From IMG/VR virus record IMGVR_UViG_3300044632_000653: a DNA stretch of 64,000 nt; one strand, written 5' to 3'. The position numbers were made by a program, and so were the translations under genes. The stretch is from a virus. A model generated the notes under the pieces. That model did no database searches. It worked only from the letters and a program-made list of their open reading frames with translations, and was not told the origin of the DNA. Positions 47,870-57,865 of this stretch are shown piece after piece; position 1 is the first letter of the stretch, and each line of letters opens with the position of its first letter.

Positions 47870-50800
47870 ATGGGCTCATACGACTCAAGCATCTTCAATG
47901 TCGATCCGTACTACGACGATTTCTCGGAGGACAAGAAGTTCCTCCGACTCATGTTTCGTCCAGGCTACGGAGTCCAAGCGAGGGAACTGACTCAGGTTCA
48001 GACGATCCTACAGAATCAGATTGAGCGTTTTGGGTCTCACATCTTCGATGAGGGAAGCATCGTTCTCGACGGAAGGATCAGCGAGAACAGGGTCAAGTAT
48101 GCCAAGGTAGCCCTCGGCACCACGGTCGATCACACGGACTTCATCGGCACGGTGGCGCAGGTCTCGGGCAAGGCGAATGCGAGGATCATCCACGCCGAGG
48201 ACATCCTTGAGGACTCGGGAGACGAGTACAGCGTCCTGTTCTTCGACTACATGGACGGCGGCACGACTTTCGGGATCAACGACACGATCACGGCTACGGC
48301 TGCGAACGGAACGGGGATCACCGCAGGTATCACGGGTCCCGCAATCGGCGGTGTTGTCGGAGACGCAATCGTTGTCTCGGTAGAGCGTGGCGTTCGCTTC
48401 GTGGAGGGGTACTTCGTACTCAACACGGCGCAGTCTCTCGGTGCCTACACCCTCACGGGAGCCACGGGTTCGCAGGTGAGGCTCTACAACTCCCCGACTA
48501 CGAGCATCGGCTTCTCGGTGGACAAGACCTTCGTCACCGCCGAGGATGACACCACCCTCAACGATCCTGCTTTCGGCTTCTACAACTACGCCGCACCTGG
48601 CAGCGACCGATTCAAGATCGACCTCACCCTCTCGCAGAAGAACTTCTCACCGAGCGACACCTCGTCCATCGACAACTTCAGCCGAGTCGGCTTCATTGAG
48701 TTCATGCGGATCGATGACGGCGACATCGTCAAGGTCGAGAGGTATCCCGACTACGCCATGCTTGAGGATACCCTCGCAAGGCGCACCTACGACGAGTCGG
48801 GGAACTACACGGTGGTTCCGTTTGAACTCAACCTCAAGGGTCCGACCGCCGTCAGCGGGACCGCTGTCCTGAAGGCTGAACTGTCCACGGGCAAGGCTTA
48901 TGTCTTCGGATATGAGTTTGAGACGCAGAGCAAGACCAAGTTGAACCTCCCGTGCGCCCGTGGGGGTGCGCACCTGCGCACGGTCGAGCGTGACTTCAAC
49001 CGCTCGGTCGGTCCATACACCCGAGTCGTGTTCTCGGGCGTGGCAGACTCCATCGGTGCGACCACCGACTTCGCCAAGCATCCGACCGTGCATCTCTCGA
49101 CGGGAGAGAGCGGTGCCGCTTTCGCATCAATCGGAACGGCGAGGGTCCGTTGGTTGGAGCCGTACTCCCCTCCCGTCTACAACCTCTCGCTGTACGACAT
49201 CAACATCACGGGACCGACCGCCGAGTTCACGGATGTCAAGCGCATCTTCTTCCCGAGCCTCACGGCTGCGGGTAAGCATGCGTTTGCGATCACGGGAAGC
49301 GCAGGTCTACAGAGCGAAAGCCAAGGGCTCCTTCTCTATCAGGTGCCCGAGGGTTCGGGCGTGACGGCATTTACGGATGCCAACTACGCAATCACGACAT
49401 ACAAGACGCAGACCGCATCCTCCCTGCCTCACTCGTTCACGGTCAACGCCGTCTCGGGTCTTGAGTTCGCCGTTGGAACCTCGGAGGTCAGCCTTCCCAA
49501 CGAGAACATCTTGGTCTTCGATCAGGACGGCAAGGTCGTGGGTGGCACGGCGGCGAGGGACGGCAGCAATCCCGCAGTCCTCTCAATCACGGTCTCATCG
49601 AATACGAGCAGCGGCAAGAAACTGCACATCATCTCCACCGAGGATGTCTCGCAGTCGCCGATGACGAGCCGCACGAAGACTTTGCAGACGGTGAGCCTCA
49701 CGCTCACGGGTCAATGGGGATCCTCGTTGACGGGAGACGGTCGTGGAACCACGGCTGACACCCTGTATCTGAATGGATACACCGATGTCCTCCAAGTCCT
49801 TTCCCTCACGGGAACGAAGGGTGCAAGCAGCGGCATCAGCATCCTGCCCTTTATGAACTTCGATGACGGTCAGCGTGATGCCCTCTATGACTGGTCGAGG
49901 ATGTGGATGACGGCGGGTGTCACGGGTATCACGGGTCCGTTCTATGCCACCTTCCGCCACTACAGCCACAGCGCAACCGATGGTCCGTTCACGGTCAAGT
50001 CGTATCCCAACTACGAGGACATCCCCTCGTACACCAGCCGCACCACGGGAACCGTCTACAGCCTCCGTGACTGCATCGACTTCCGTCCCGTGAGGAACAC
50101 GGACGGCACGATCAAGACTAACACATGGGTCCCGACGAACACCGCCGCCAACGACAACAACTTTGAGTACACCCACCACCTCCCGAGGACGGACAAGATC
50201 GTCCTCACACGGGACAGGAGGTTCTCCGTCCTCTCGGGCGTTCCGTCGCTGAATGCGGACATCCCCGCCGACGATCCGAACGCCATGTCGCTCTACATCG
50301 TGCGGATGAATCCGTACACCTTCTCGGCTGACGATGCCTCCATTCGTTATGTCGAGAACAAGAGGTACACGATGCGTGACATCGGCGACCTTGAGAAGAG
50401 GATCGAAGCAGTCGAGTACTACACCACCCTCAGCCTCCTTGAGCAGGAGGCGAAGGCGAAGAAAGTCCTTGACGATGCGGGTGACGAGATGCCGAAGAAG
50501 GGCATCCTCGTTGATCAGTTCAAGGGACACACCGTCGCCGACAACACCGATCCCATGTTCGCCGCAAGCATCGACTACGAGAGGAACGAACTCCGTCCTC
50601 CGTTCACGATCAGGTCCTATGGACTCACGGCAGGATCTCTGTCGAATGTGGTGGGCAACCTCACGGACGGGGTCTACACGCTCAACTTCACCCAATCTCC
50701 CGAGATCTCCCATCTCCTGTCGAGCGAGTCCGTGGTGGTCAATCCGTCCACGATCATCTCCTTCCTCGGCACTCTGAAGGTCTCTCCCTCCACCGACACT

Positions 50801-52813
50801 TGGTTCGACACGGAGAAGCAGCCCAAGGTCAGGGTGAATGTCGAGGGAGAGAACGACAATTGGGAGCAGAACCCGAACTACGGTTTCGGCACCCGCTACA
50901 ACGATTGGGAGGCTATTTGGTTCGGGCGTGAGAACGCCAACGAGAAAAACACCAAGCCGAACCTCGTCCGCAACAGGCTCCTCACCGCCAAGGTGGAGGG
51001 GATCTCCCTGTCGAGCATCAACTCGTCGGTGACCCCCGAGAGCATGAAGAAGGTCGTGCGGAACAAGACCGTGGCTAGGGATGTCCTCCCTGTCGCTCGT
51101 CGGAGGACGCTGACCCTCAGCGCAACGGGTCTCAAGCCAAGCACCGCCTACCGTGTCTACTGCGACGATGTCGATGTGACCGCTTACTGCACCTCTGCAA
51201 GTGCGTCCACCGACACCAAGGGACGGGCGACCATCTTCTTCTCGTTCAACGCAGCGCAAGTGCTGCCATACGCCGATCAGAACTTCCTCATCGGACGGCA
51301 CACGATCAGGGTGACTGACGGTACCAATGCCGAGGATCCCTCGGCTTGGACCATGCTTGCGGAGGCGACCTACACCGTCGAGGGCGCATACGACTCGGTG
51401 AGCGAGGAAGGAATCCTCTCCACCCGTGTGCCCGAGACCCGTCGCAAGTCGGTGAAGTCGGACAAGATCGTGTCGAACCTCTCGGAGGTGCTTACGAGTT
51501 CGGGCGAGATCCGAGGCTACAACGACCCCCTCAGCCAAACGATCTACATCGATCCCGTCAAGTATCCGAGGGGCGTGTTCGTCAAGTCGGTGGACCTTTA
51601 CTTCTCGGATAAGGAATCCCTCACCACGGTCCCCGTGACCGTTCAGATCCGTCCGACGATCTCGGGATACCCCCACCCGTCGAAGGTCCTTCCTTTCGCC
51701 ACCTCCACGCTCTACTCGGACGATGTCTCCACCGCCGACCTGATCACGGCAGGTAACGATAACGAGACCAACTTCCCGTTCACCACCCCCGTGTATCTCC
51801 TACCCGCCCGTGAATATGCCATCTGCCTGTCTACGAACAGTCCGAATTACTCGGTGTTCACGGGCACCATCGGTAGCACGATTCTCAGGCAGTCCGAGGA
51901 GGATGACAAGGTCTCCGTGACCAAGCAGCCGATGATGCGCTCCCTGTTCAAGGCTAGCAACAGCGGCAACCTCGTCAGGAACGACAATCAGACTCTTGCC
52001 GTCAGGCTCAACCTGTGCAAGTTCACCTCGTCGGGAAACATGACGGTCGAGAACGAGGCATACTCGGGCTCTGCGACGATGACCGTGAACGAGTTCAGGT
52101 TCAACGCTACCGACTTCGTGCCCGAGGGATCGGACATCTCGTACTCGGCATCCATAGCCACCAGTTCTCCGACGATATACACGGAGATCCCCGTTGGTAA
52201 GAACATCGTGCCGAGCAATGGGTATCTCGACCTTCTCGGTGCGAATGCGGAAGCAGGATTCGGAACCTTTACTGTTTCCATGTCCGCAAGCACGGACGGA
52301 TATGTCTCTCCCGTGTTCGACATGGAAAGGTCGAGCGTCATCTCGGCTACCAACCTCGTCAACAACAGCATCATCACCACCATCGGGGACTCGGCGTACA
52401 ACGGCGAGATCGAACCCACGAACTCCGCTGCGGGTGAAGCCTACAAGACAAAGGCTAGGTACATCACGAAGAAGGTGACGCTTGAGGAGGGTGCCGAAGC
52501 CGAGAACATCACGGTGACGCTCTCCCTCTGCAATCCGAGGAAGGGCAACTCCACCGCTGCGAGTGTGCAGGTCTTTGTCCGTCCGATTCCTGTCGGCGAG
52601 GTCGATTTCGACAACACCAACTATGTCAAGTTGACCACCACGGATACGGGGGTGTCCACCTCCGACGATGACTTCCGTGAGGTCACCTTCACGAACATCG
52701 GCAGCAGCACCTTGAGCAAGTTCAAGACCTTCTCCATCAAGATCGTCATGTACGGCGAGACCAACGGCTCCGCAATCCCGAGGATCAGGAACTTGAGGGT
52801 CATCGCTACATGA
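47870..52813 (+). CDS. Large virion structural protein (VrlC/DUF4815-like)
   Basis: NVDPYYDDF...K.F....FRPG..VQARELTQ.Q..LQNQIERFG, APGSDR, LARRTYDESGNY, YTMRDIG.LEKRI, DPLSQT. Confidence 0.85.
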   Translation: MGSYDSSIFNVDPYYDDFSEDKKFLRLMFRPGYGVQARELTQVQTILQNQIERFGSHIFDEGSIVLDGRISENRVKYAKVALGTTVDHTDFIGTVAQVSGKANARIIHAEDILEDSGDEYSVLFFDYMDGGTTFGINDTITATAANGTGITAGITGPAIGGVVGDAIVVSVERGVRFVEGYFVLNTAQSLGAYTLTGATGSQVRLYNSPTTSIGFSVDKTFVTAEDDTTLNDPAFGFYNYAAPGSDRFKIDLTLSQKNFSPSDTSSIDNFSRVGFIEFMRIDDGDIVKVERYPDYAMLEDTLARRTYDESGNYTVVPFELNLKGPTAVSGTAVLKAELSTGKAYVFGYEFETQSKTKLNLPCARGGAHLRTVERDFNRSVGPYTRVVFSGVADSIGATTDFAKHPTVHLSTGESGAAFASIGTARVRWLEPYSPPVYNLSLYDINITGPTAEFTDVKRIFFPSLTAAGKHAFAITGSAGLQSESQGLLLYQVPEGSGVTAFTDANYAITTYKTQTASSLPHSFTVNAVSGLEFAVGTSEVSLPNENILVFDQDGKVVGGTAARDGSNPAVLSITVSSNTSSGKKLHIISTEDVSQSPMTSRTKTLQTVSLTLTGQWGSSLTGDGRGTTADTLYLNGYTDVLQVLSLTGTKGASSGISILPFMNFDDGQRDALYDWSRMWMTAGVTGITGPFYATFRHYSHSATDGPFTVKSYPNYEDIPSYTSRTTGTVYSLRDCIDFRPVRNTDGTIKTNTWVPTNTAANDNNFEYTHHLPRTDKIVLTRDRRFSVLSGVPSLNADIPADDPNAMSLYIVRMNPYTFSADDASIRYVENKRYTMRDIGDLEKRIEAVEYYTTLSLLEQEAKAKKVLDDAGDEMPKKGILVDQFKGHTVADNTDPMFAASIDYERNELRPPFTIRSYGLTAGSLSNVVGNLTDGVYTLNFTQSPEISHLLSSESVVVNPSTIISFLGTLKVSPSTDTWFDTEKQPKVRVNVEGENDNWEQNPNYGFGTRYNDWEAIWFGRENANEKNTKPNLVRNRLLTAKVEGISLSSINSSVTPESMKKVVRNKTVARDVLPVARRRTLTLSATGLKPSTAYRVYCDDVDVTAYCTSASASTDTKGRATIFFSFNAAQVLPYADQNFLIGRHTIRVTDGTNAEDPSAWTMLAEATYTVEGAYDSVSEEGILSTRVPETRRKSVKSDKIVSNLSEVLTSSGEIRGYNDPLSQTIYIDPVKYPRGVFVKSVDLYFSDKESLTTVPVTVQIRPTISGYPHPSKVLPFATSTLYSDDVSTADLITAGNDNETNFPFTTPVYLLPAREYAICLSTNSPNYSVFTGTIGSTILRQSEEDDKVSVTKQPMMRSLFKASNSGNLVRNDNQTLAVRLNLCKFTSSGNMTVENEAYSGSATMTVNEFRFNATDFVPEGSDISYSASIATSSPTIYTEIPVGKNIVPSNGYLDLLGANAEAGFGTFTVSMSASTDGYVSPVFDMERSSVISATNLVNNSIITTIGDSAYNGEIEPTNSAAGEAYKTKARYITKKVTLEEGAEAENITVTLSLCNPRKGNSTAASVQVFVRPIPVGEVDFDNTNYVKLTTTDTGVSTSDDDFREVTFTNIGSSTLSKFKTFSIKIVMYGETNGSAIPRIRNLRVIAT

Positions 52814-53016
52814 GCAAGGACAAGGTGCCCGTCCAAAACGAACCGATGGTCCGTGACATGAAGACGGGTGCCCTCCTGTTCACGGACAGGGATGCTTTCC
52901 GAGCATACGAGGACAGGAAGCGGGAGCGTCAGGCTCAAAGGGACAGGATAAATACCCTTGAGGAGAAGGTTGCCGAGTTGCAACGGATCCTCGCCGAGAT
53001 CATAGGGAAACGGTAA
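52810..53016 (+). CDS. Small coiled-coil protein conserved after VrlC-like genes
   Basis: VRDMKTGALL followed by a coiled coil. Confidence 0.65.
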   Translation: MSKDKVPVQNEPMVRDMKTGALLFTDRDAFRAYEDRKRERQAQRDRINTLEEKVAELQRILAEIIGKR

Positions 53017-53022
53017 ACGCAG

Positions 53023-56000
53023 ATGTCTTGTACAGCCTCAGACTTCGTCAACATCCAACCTCTGACCCTGTCGGACACCTTCAACACATGGTTCGACAGG
53101 ACGAATGAGGTCATCTCCGCTGCGAATGGGATCAACATCCTTGATGTGGCGGTCGGAGGCACGGCAGGTGGTCTTCTCCGTGAGACGGGATGCTCGGCGG
53201 GGTACTACAACGGCGTTGTGACTCTGTCCGTCAATCCTGGAGCGGGAATCGGCATCGGCAATGTTGCTTTCGGCACCAACTTCAACAAGGTGGTGATCGA
53301 TGCGGTTCAACTTGAGAACCTCGGGACGGGTGCGACGGCGAATCCTGCTGTCGGCGACTACATCATCGTCAGCGACATCAGCGACACAAGGCAGGGATCG
53401 GCGGGAACCCCGAAGAGGACGGTGGCGAGCAGGATGCTTCCCCCCGCAGTCTACTTCGGCGATGCGGGTGAAGGCACATTTGAGATCTACGGCGATGTCA
53501 CCATCCACGGCGACATCAACATCGAAGGCGATCAGTCGTACATCGATGCGAACGACTTGCGGATCGAAGACAAGATCATCGAACTCGCATACAACAGGTA
53601 CTCGCAGTTCACCATCCAAAAGACGGGAATGACTGCGGGATCTGTCGATGTCGGTGCGACCGCCTACTACATTGACCCTGGATCCGCCACCCTCACGGCG
53701 AACTCGACCACCATCGGCTACATCCGAGCGTTCACCTACTCGGGAAGCACCACGGGTTCGGTGCAGATGCACTCGTTCAACGAGGGCGGGGTGTCCGACA
53801 TCGTCAACGGCGGCAGTCTCTATGTGGACGGTGCATCGCTGACCTTCGGTGTCGTTTCCACACCCGTCACCGACACGGCGTTCTACAACGATACGCTCCT
53901 GACCCCCGCAGGAATCGACATCAAGGGCGCATCAGGCGACAAGACATTCCTTTGGAACCTCAAGACCCCCGACACGCTCTCGACATGGAACGCCTTCGTT
54001 GCGAACACCAACCTCGGCGTGACGGGTGCGGACAACTACATCATCTCGTCCAAGTTCGCATCGTTCGGATACGGCGCAGGTACGGATGACACCTACACCT
54101 TCTATGGCTCGGGCGACTCGTTCACCAAGGCTGCGGTCGGAACGGAATTCGTCCTTCAGCACAGCGCAACGGGTGCAGCGGGAATCACCTTCGCACAGGT
54201 GTTCTCGGGAAGCACGGGACCCGCAGTCTATCCTGGGGTCACGGCGACCAACTGGTCCAAGTACCTCAACGCCGACCAACTCGACGGTGCCCACGCACTC
54301 ACCACCTCGACTGCATGGTCGATCCCCGTGGCACTCGCCAACGGTAAGATCCATGAGGATTGGGTCAACTCCGATGCGATCCGCAAGACCTTCTCGCAGA
54401 CGGGTCACTCGTTCGTCATGGGTGACATCCTGCGGTTCGACACGAACGGATCGCTGACCTTCGCCCGTGCCGATACCATCCCCACCGCCGAGGCACTCGG
54501 CATGGTCGAGGTCGCCTCGGGTAGCACCCTCACCCTCGTCACTAAGGGCTTCATCTCGGGGCTCACGGGTACGAGGATCAACGCACTCAAGCCTCTCGTC
54601 ACGGGCAACGCCTACTACCTCAGTCAGTCTGTTGGTGGAGGCATGATCGCTAATCCCGACTCGGGCGCATACGAGATCACGGCAGGTCAGGTCCGAAAGG
54701 CGATGTTCATCGCATCGGGCATTGACAAGGGATATGTCGTAAACTACACGGGCGTGGTTGTCGGCAGCGATCCCACGGACCTGATCTACCTCAACCGTGT
54801 GGTCCCCGTGGGAACGGTGCATCCGTTCTCGGGAGTTACAGCCGCCATTCCCGATGGATGGCTCATCTGCGACGGTGCCGCCATCTCGCAGAACGAGGAG
54901 CCCGATCTCTTCGCAGCGATTGAAAACAACTACTACGCCGAGGCTGAGGTCTACAACTCCTCGACCTTCACATTGGATGCGGATACGAGGGGACTCGCAA
55001 TCGGCGACGGACTCCGTGTCGTTTGGGCGACGGGTAGTGCGAATGTCCTGATCACAAGCGTCAACAGCGTCAACAGGAGGGTCGAGGTCTCCTCAAGTTC
55101 CTTCTCCTCGTTGGCTGAAGGGACCGACCTCAAGGTCTACGGAAGGACCATCCCGTCCACCTCGGGACGATCAATCTTCTTCATCCCCGATCTCAGGCGG
55201 CGCACGGTCTTCGGCACCTCCTCGGGCGAAGGCATCGCAGGTAGCGAGACGATCACTCCCGCCCTCGCACAGGGAACCATCGGAGGCGAGAGCCAAGTCA
55301 CCCTTGGCGCAAGCAACATCCCCCCGCACACGCACACGCTCGACACCCTCGTCACGAACAATCCGTTCAGCAACGCATACGGATCCTCCACGAACGAGAC
55401 GGGCGGCTTGGTGGAGACGGGTGTCTCGCCGAGCCCGTTCAGCATCCTCCCCCCGCACTTGGTGATGCACTACATCATCCGTGCGAAGAAGGGAACATCA
55501 GCCACGGTCCTCACGGGGCACGACCACGACAACTTCTACATCAGGTACGACAAGGCTCACACATTGGCTGCGGGTGCAAGCAGGACCCTCACCGATGCGG
55601 ACAGGACTCAGTTCCGAGCGAACGCCAAGGTGCTTCGGAACGATGGGGACGATGTGTTCGGCGGGAAACTCACGGTCACGGGAGATCTCGTCGTTGGTGG
55701 TCTCGGTGGCACGGACAGCGTGGACCTGATCGTCAGCGGAGGAATGAGTGCGGACTTCGTGAACGCCAACCGTGCGTTCATCAACGAGTCGGCTGTCATC
55801 GACCTCGCAAGCGGACAGGCACTCAACATCACGGGAGCATCCAACAGCATCGTGAGGATGTTCCCCGCATTGAACTACGGCTTGACGGGCGGCAGCAGGT
55901 TCTACGATCAGAATCAAAGGGATTCCGACAGCCGAAACCTCGTCGTTGACTACAAGACGGGAGAGGTGACATGCCGCCCGATGTTCAATGTGTCCTCAAG

Positions 56001-56568
56001 CAGTCCTCCTGCGTCCACCGTTGGATATGCCGAGGGCTTCGTTTGGTACACCACGGGAACGGGTAATGCGAGTAGTGGGGGTGGCGGTGGCGGTGGATCG
56101 ATTGCCGATTCCATCACATATTTCAGCGATGCAAGTACACCGTTTAGGGAATGGGTATGGAGCGGAGGTTTTCCTGGAGGCGGAACACCCCCTCCGACAA
56201 CCACTAGAGGGTTTCAGATCCTCACCGATCAAGATGTTCCTCTTACCGCCAAGTTTGCATACATCACGGTGGAGGGGACTATGATCGGTCGTTCGGGCGC
56301 AATAAACCTCAAGATGTGGGCAGGGAGAAATGGTACTCCTGCAAACTTGAACAAGGGTCATTTGATCTTTGATTTTGTTGACTCCACCAACGATTCAAAC
56401 AGTTCAAATCAGAGGCATTGTTACCTTTCTCCTTCGGTGCTTGTCCCTCTTGTGGTGAACGGAGGAAACATCGGTTTCTTCTTCAACTTCCAAGAGGTTA
56501 CTCAAGAACTCGGTTCCAACAATGATGTGTCCTTCAGAGTGAGTTTGCGCTTGGACGGCTACTTCTGA
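53023..56568 (+). CDS. Tail fibre with tail-collar domain
   Basis: DTFNTW..RTNE N-terminus, IEDKIIEL, PVGTVHPFSG..IPDGWLICDG, FIPDLR, PPHLVMHYIIR; low-GC C-terminal module. Confidence 0.8.
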   Translation: MSCTASDFVNIQPLTLSDTFNTWFDRTNEVISAANGINILDVAVGGTAGGLLRETGCSAGYYNGVVTLSVNPGAGIGIGNVAFGTNFNKVVIDAVQLENLGTGATANPAVGDYIIVSDISDTRQGSAGTPKRTVASRMLPPAVYFGDAGEGTFEIYGDVTIHGDINIEGDQSYIDANDLRIEDKIIELAYNRYSQFTIQKTGMTAGSVDVGATAYYIDPGSATLTANSTTIGYIRAFTYSGSTTGSVQMHSFNEGGVSDIVNGGSLYVDGASLTFGVVSTPVTDTAFYNDTLLTPAGIDIKGASGDKTFLWNLKTPDTLSTWNAFVANTNLGVTGADNYIISSKFASFGYGAGTDDTYTFYGSGDSFTKAAVGTEFVLQHSATGAAGITFAQVFSGSTGPAVYPGVTATNWSKYLNADQLDGAHALTTSTAWSIPVALANGKIHEDWVNSDAIRKTFSQTGHSFVMGDILRFDTNGSLTFARADTIPTAEALGMVEVASGSTLTLVTKGFISGLTGTRINALKPLVTGNAYYLSQSVGGGMIANPDSGAYEITAGQVRKAMFIASGIDKGYVVNYTGVVVGSDPTDLIYLNRVVPVGTVHPFSGVTAAIPDGWLICDGAAISQNEEPDLFAAIENNYYAEAEVYNSSTFTLDADTRGLAIGDGLRVVWATGSANVLITSVNSVNRRVEVSSSSFSSLAEGTDLKVYGRTIPSTSGRSIFFIPDLRRRTVFGTSSGEGIAGSETITPALAQGTIGGESQVTLGASNIPPHTHTLDTLVTNNPFSNAYGSSTNETGGLVETGVSPSPFSILPPHLVMHYIIRAKKGTSATVLTGHDHDNFYIRYDKAHTLAAGASRTLTDADRTQFRANAKVLRNDGDDVFGGKLTVTGDLVVGGLGGTDSVDLIVSGGMSADFVNANRAFINESAVIDLASGQALNITGASNSIVRMFPALNYGLTGGSRFYDQNQRDSDSRNLVVDYKTGEVTCRPMFNVSSSSPPASTVGYAEGFVWYTTGTGNASSGGGGGGGSIADSITYFSDASTPFREWVWSGGFPGGGTPPPTTTRGFQILTDQDVPLTAKFAYITVEGTMIGRSGAINLKMWAGRNGTPANLNKGHLIFDFVDSTNDSNSSNQRHCYLSPSVLVPLVVNGGNIGFFFNFQEVTQELGSNNDVSFRVSLRLDGYF

Positions 56569-56585
56569 TCTGATCGGTAAAAGAC

Positions 56586-57431
56586 ATGGCAGCAATATCA
56601 TTCGCCGACATCGCCGTTGGTACAAGCAGACCACAGACCACAGCGTCAGGTGGAGGCGTTCTCATGGCGTGGGAGGTGACCTCCGTGCAGAGGCAGGTCA
56701 CCCTTTCGGGCTTCAATGTCGTGAACCAAGGTGCATGGAACACGGGTTATGCCGCAAGCATTGTCCACGATGAATCATGGAAGCAGGTCGGAGACTCCAA
56801 GATAGTCAGCCAAGGGTCTTGGGTGGACACATCCCCCACCGTGGTCAGGACCGTGACGAAGAAGCGAGTGAAATTTTCCACAGCGAATACGGGAGAGCAG
56901 AACCCCTATGCGGAACCTTCCATCGCAAACTACGGAATCACTCCGACCGCTGCGGGAGACAATCCATATGTCCCCGCAGGTTGGAAGATCGTCCGTTGCT
57001 ATCTGCACGGCATCTACGACGATCTCTTGGACGGCATCTTCATGTACAGGGGCGGTGTCGAAAGCGCATTCGTCCTCGCTCGCAAGGAACCTTCGACTTG
57101 GGTCGGCAGGTTCAAGAACGGATGGGACTTCACCGACTACCAATGGGTAAGCATCCCCGACTTCACCATCGATGCTCCGTTTGCTTCGGGGGGTCTACGG
57201 ACTAGCGCATGCAGCAATTGGTACTGCCCCTACATTATGACTACGGGTGAAGCAGGTGGCGGATGCGGCTCGGACGGCTGCACACGGTATGTCTTCTTGG
57301 GCGATGCCCATGAGACAACGGGTATTCCCGTTGACATGAACAGGCTTGTCTCGGTCAAGACGGGTGGTAATCCTGGCGACACGCTCAATCACTACTTCTT
57401 CGTGCAAACTCTTGTCCTAGAGGAACCGTGA
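56586..57431 (+). CDS. Putative fibre-tip adhesin / virion protein
   Basis: Directly follows the fibre; aromatic, Gly- and Cys-containing. Confidence 0.5.
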   Translation: MAAISFADIAVGTSRPQTTASGGGVLMAWEVTSVQRQVTLSGFNVVNQGAWNTGYAASIVHDESWKQVGDSKIVSQGSWVDTSPTVVRTVTKKRVKFSTANTGEQNPYAEPSIANYGITPTAAGDNPYVPAGWKIVRCYLHGIYDDLLDGIFMYRGGVESAFVLARKEPSTWVGRFKNGWDFTDYQWVSIPDFTIDAPFASGGLRTSACSNWYCPYIMTTGEAGGGCGSDGCTRYVFLGDAHETTGIPVDMNRLVSVKTGGNPGDTLNHYFFVQTLVLEEP

Positions 57432-57434
57432 GGT

Positions 57435-57441
57435 CTAAATA
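57435..57441 (+). promoter_or_regulatory. Late promoter box CTAAATA
   Basis: 5 nt before ATG 57447. Confidence 0.7.
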
Positions 57442-57446
57442 CGGTC

Positions 57447-57788
57447 ATGGCTGACACGATCAACAGGGACATGGATCAGGGGTCGAACTTCTCGTTCGAC
57501 TATGTGGTCAAGGGGACCAACGGTCAGCCCACCAACATATCCACGGGTCACACGGCGTATGCGCAGATGAGGAAGTTCTACTCCTCCACCTCTGCTGTCA
57601 ACCTCACCGCATCGATCACAGGAAGCACGGGGAACATCCGTGTCTCGCTCGGTCCCACGGGGACTGCGGCGGTCAAGGCGGGCATCTGGTACTACGATGT
57701 CGAACTTCACTCCAACGGAAGCAGCACCGTGAATCGTGTCGTTCAGGGCATGGTCACCGTCTATCCCGAGATCACGAAAATTCCTTGA
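57447..57788 (+). CDS. Small virion protein (DQG..F family, BppU-like fold)
   Basis: DQGSNFS, AQMRKFYSS, G.I..SL...T, G.WYYDVE, RVVQG...V.PEIT. Confidence 0.7.
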   Translation: MADTINRDMDQGSNFSFDYVVKGTNGQPTNISTGHTAYAQMRKFYSSTSAVNLTASITGSTGNIRVSLGPTGTAAVKAGIWYYDVELHSNGSSTVNRVVQGMVTVYPEITKIP

Positions 57789-57865
57789 TTCATAGGGTTT
57801 TCGGAGGATCCCCGTCAGAGACTCCATAGATACGGGCACAACCCGATTTGTAATGGAGATCTGAA

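Noticed and set aside
13359-51676. Long antisense ORFs (13359..15116, 27723..29306, 41489..42475, 49595..51676 and others)
   Set aside because: They lie opposite clearly recognisable genes and are expected from strong GC3 codon bias; no motifs of their own.
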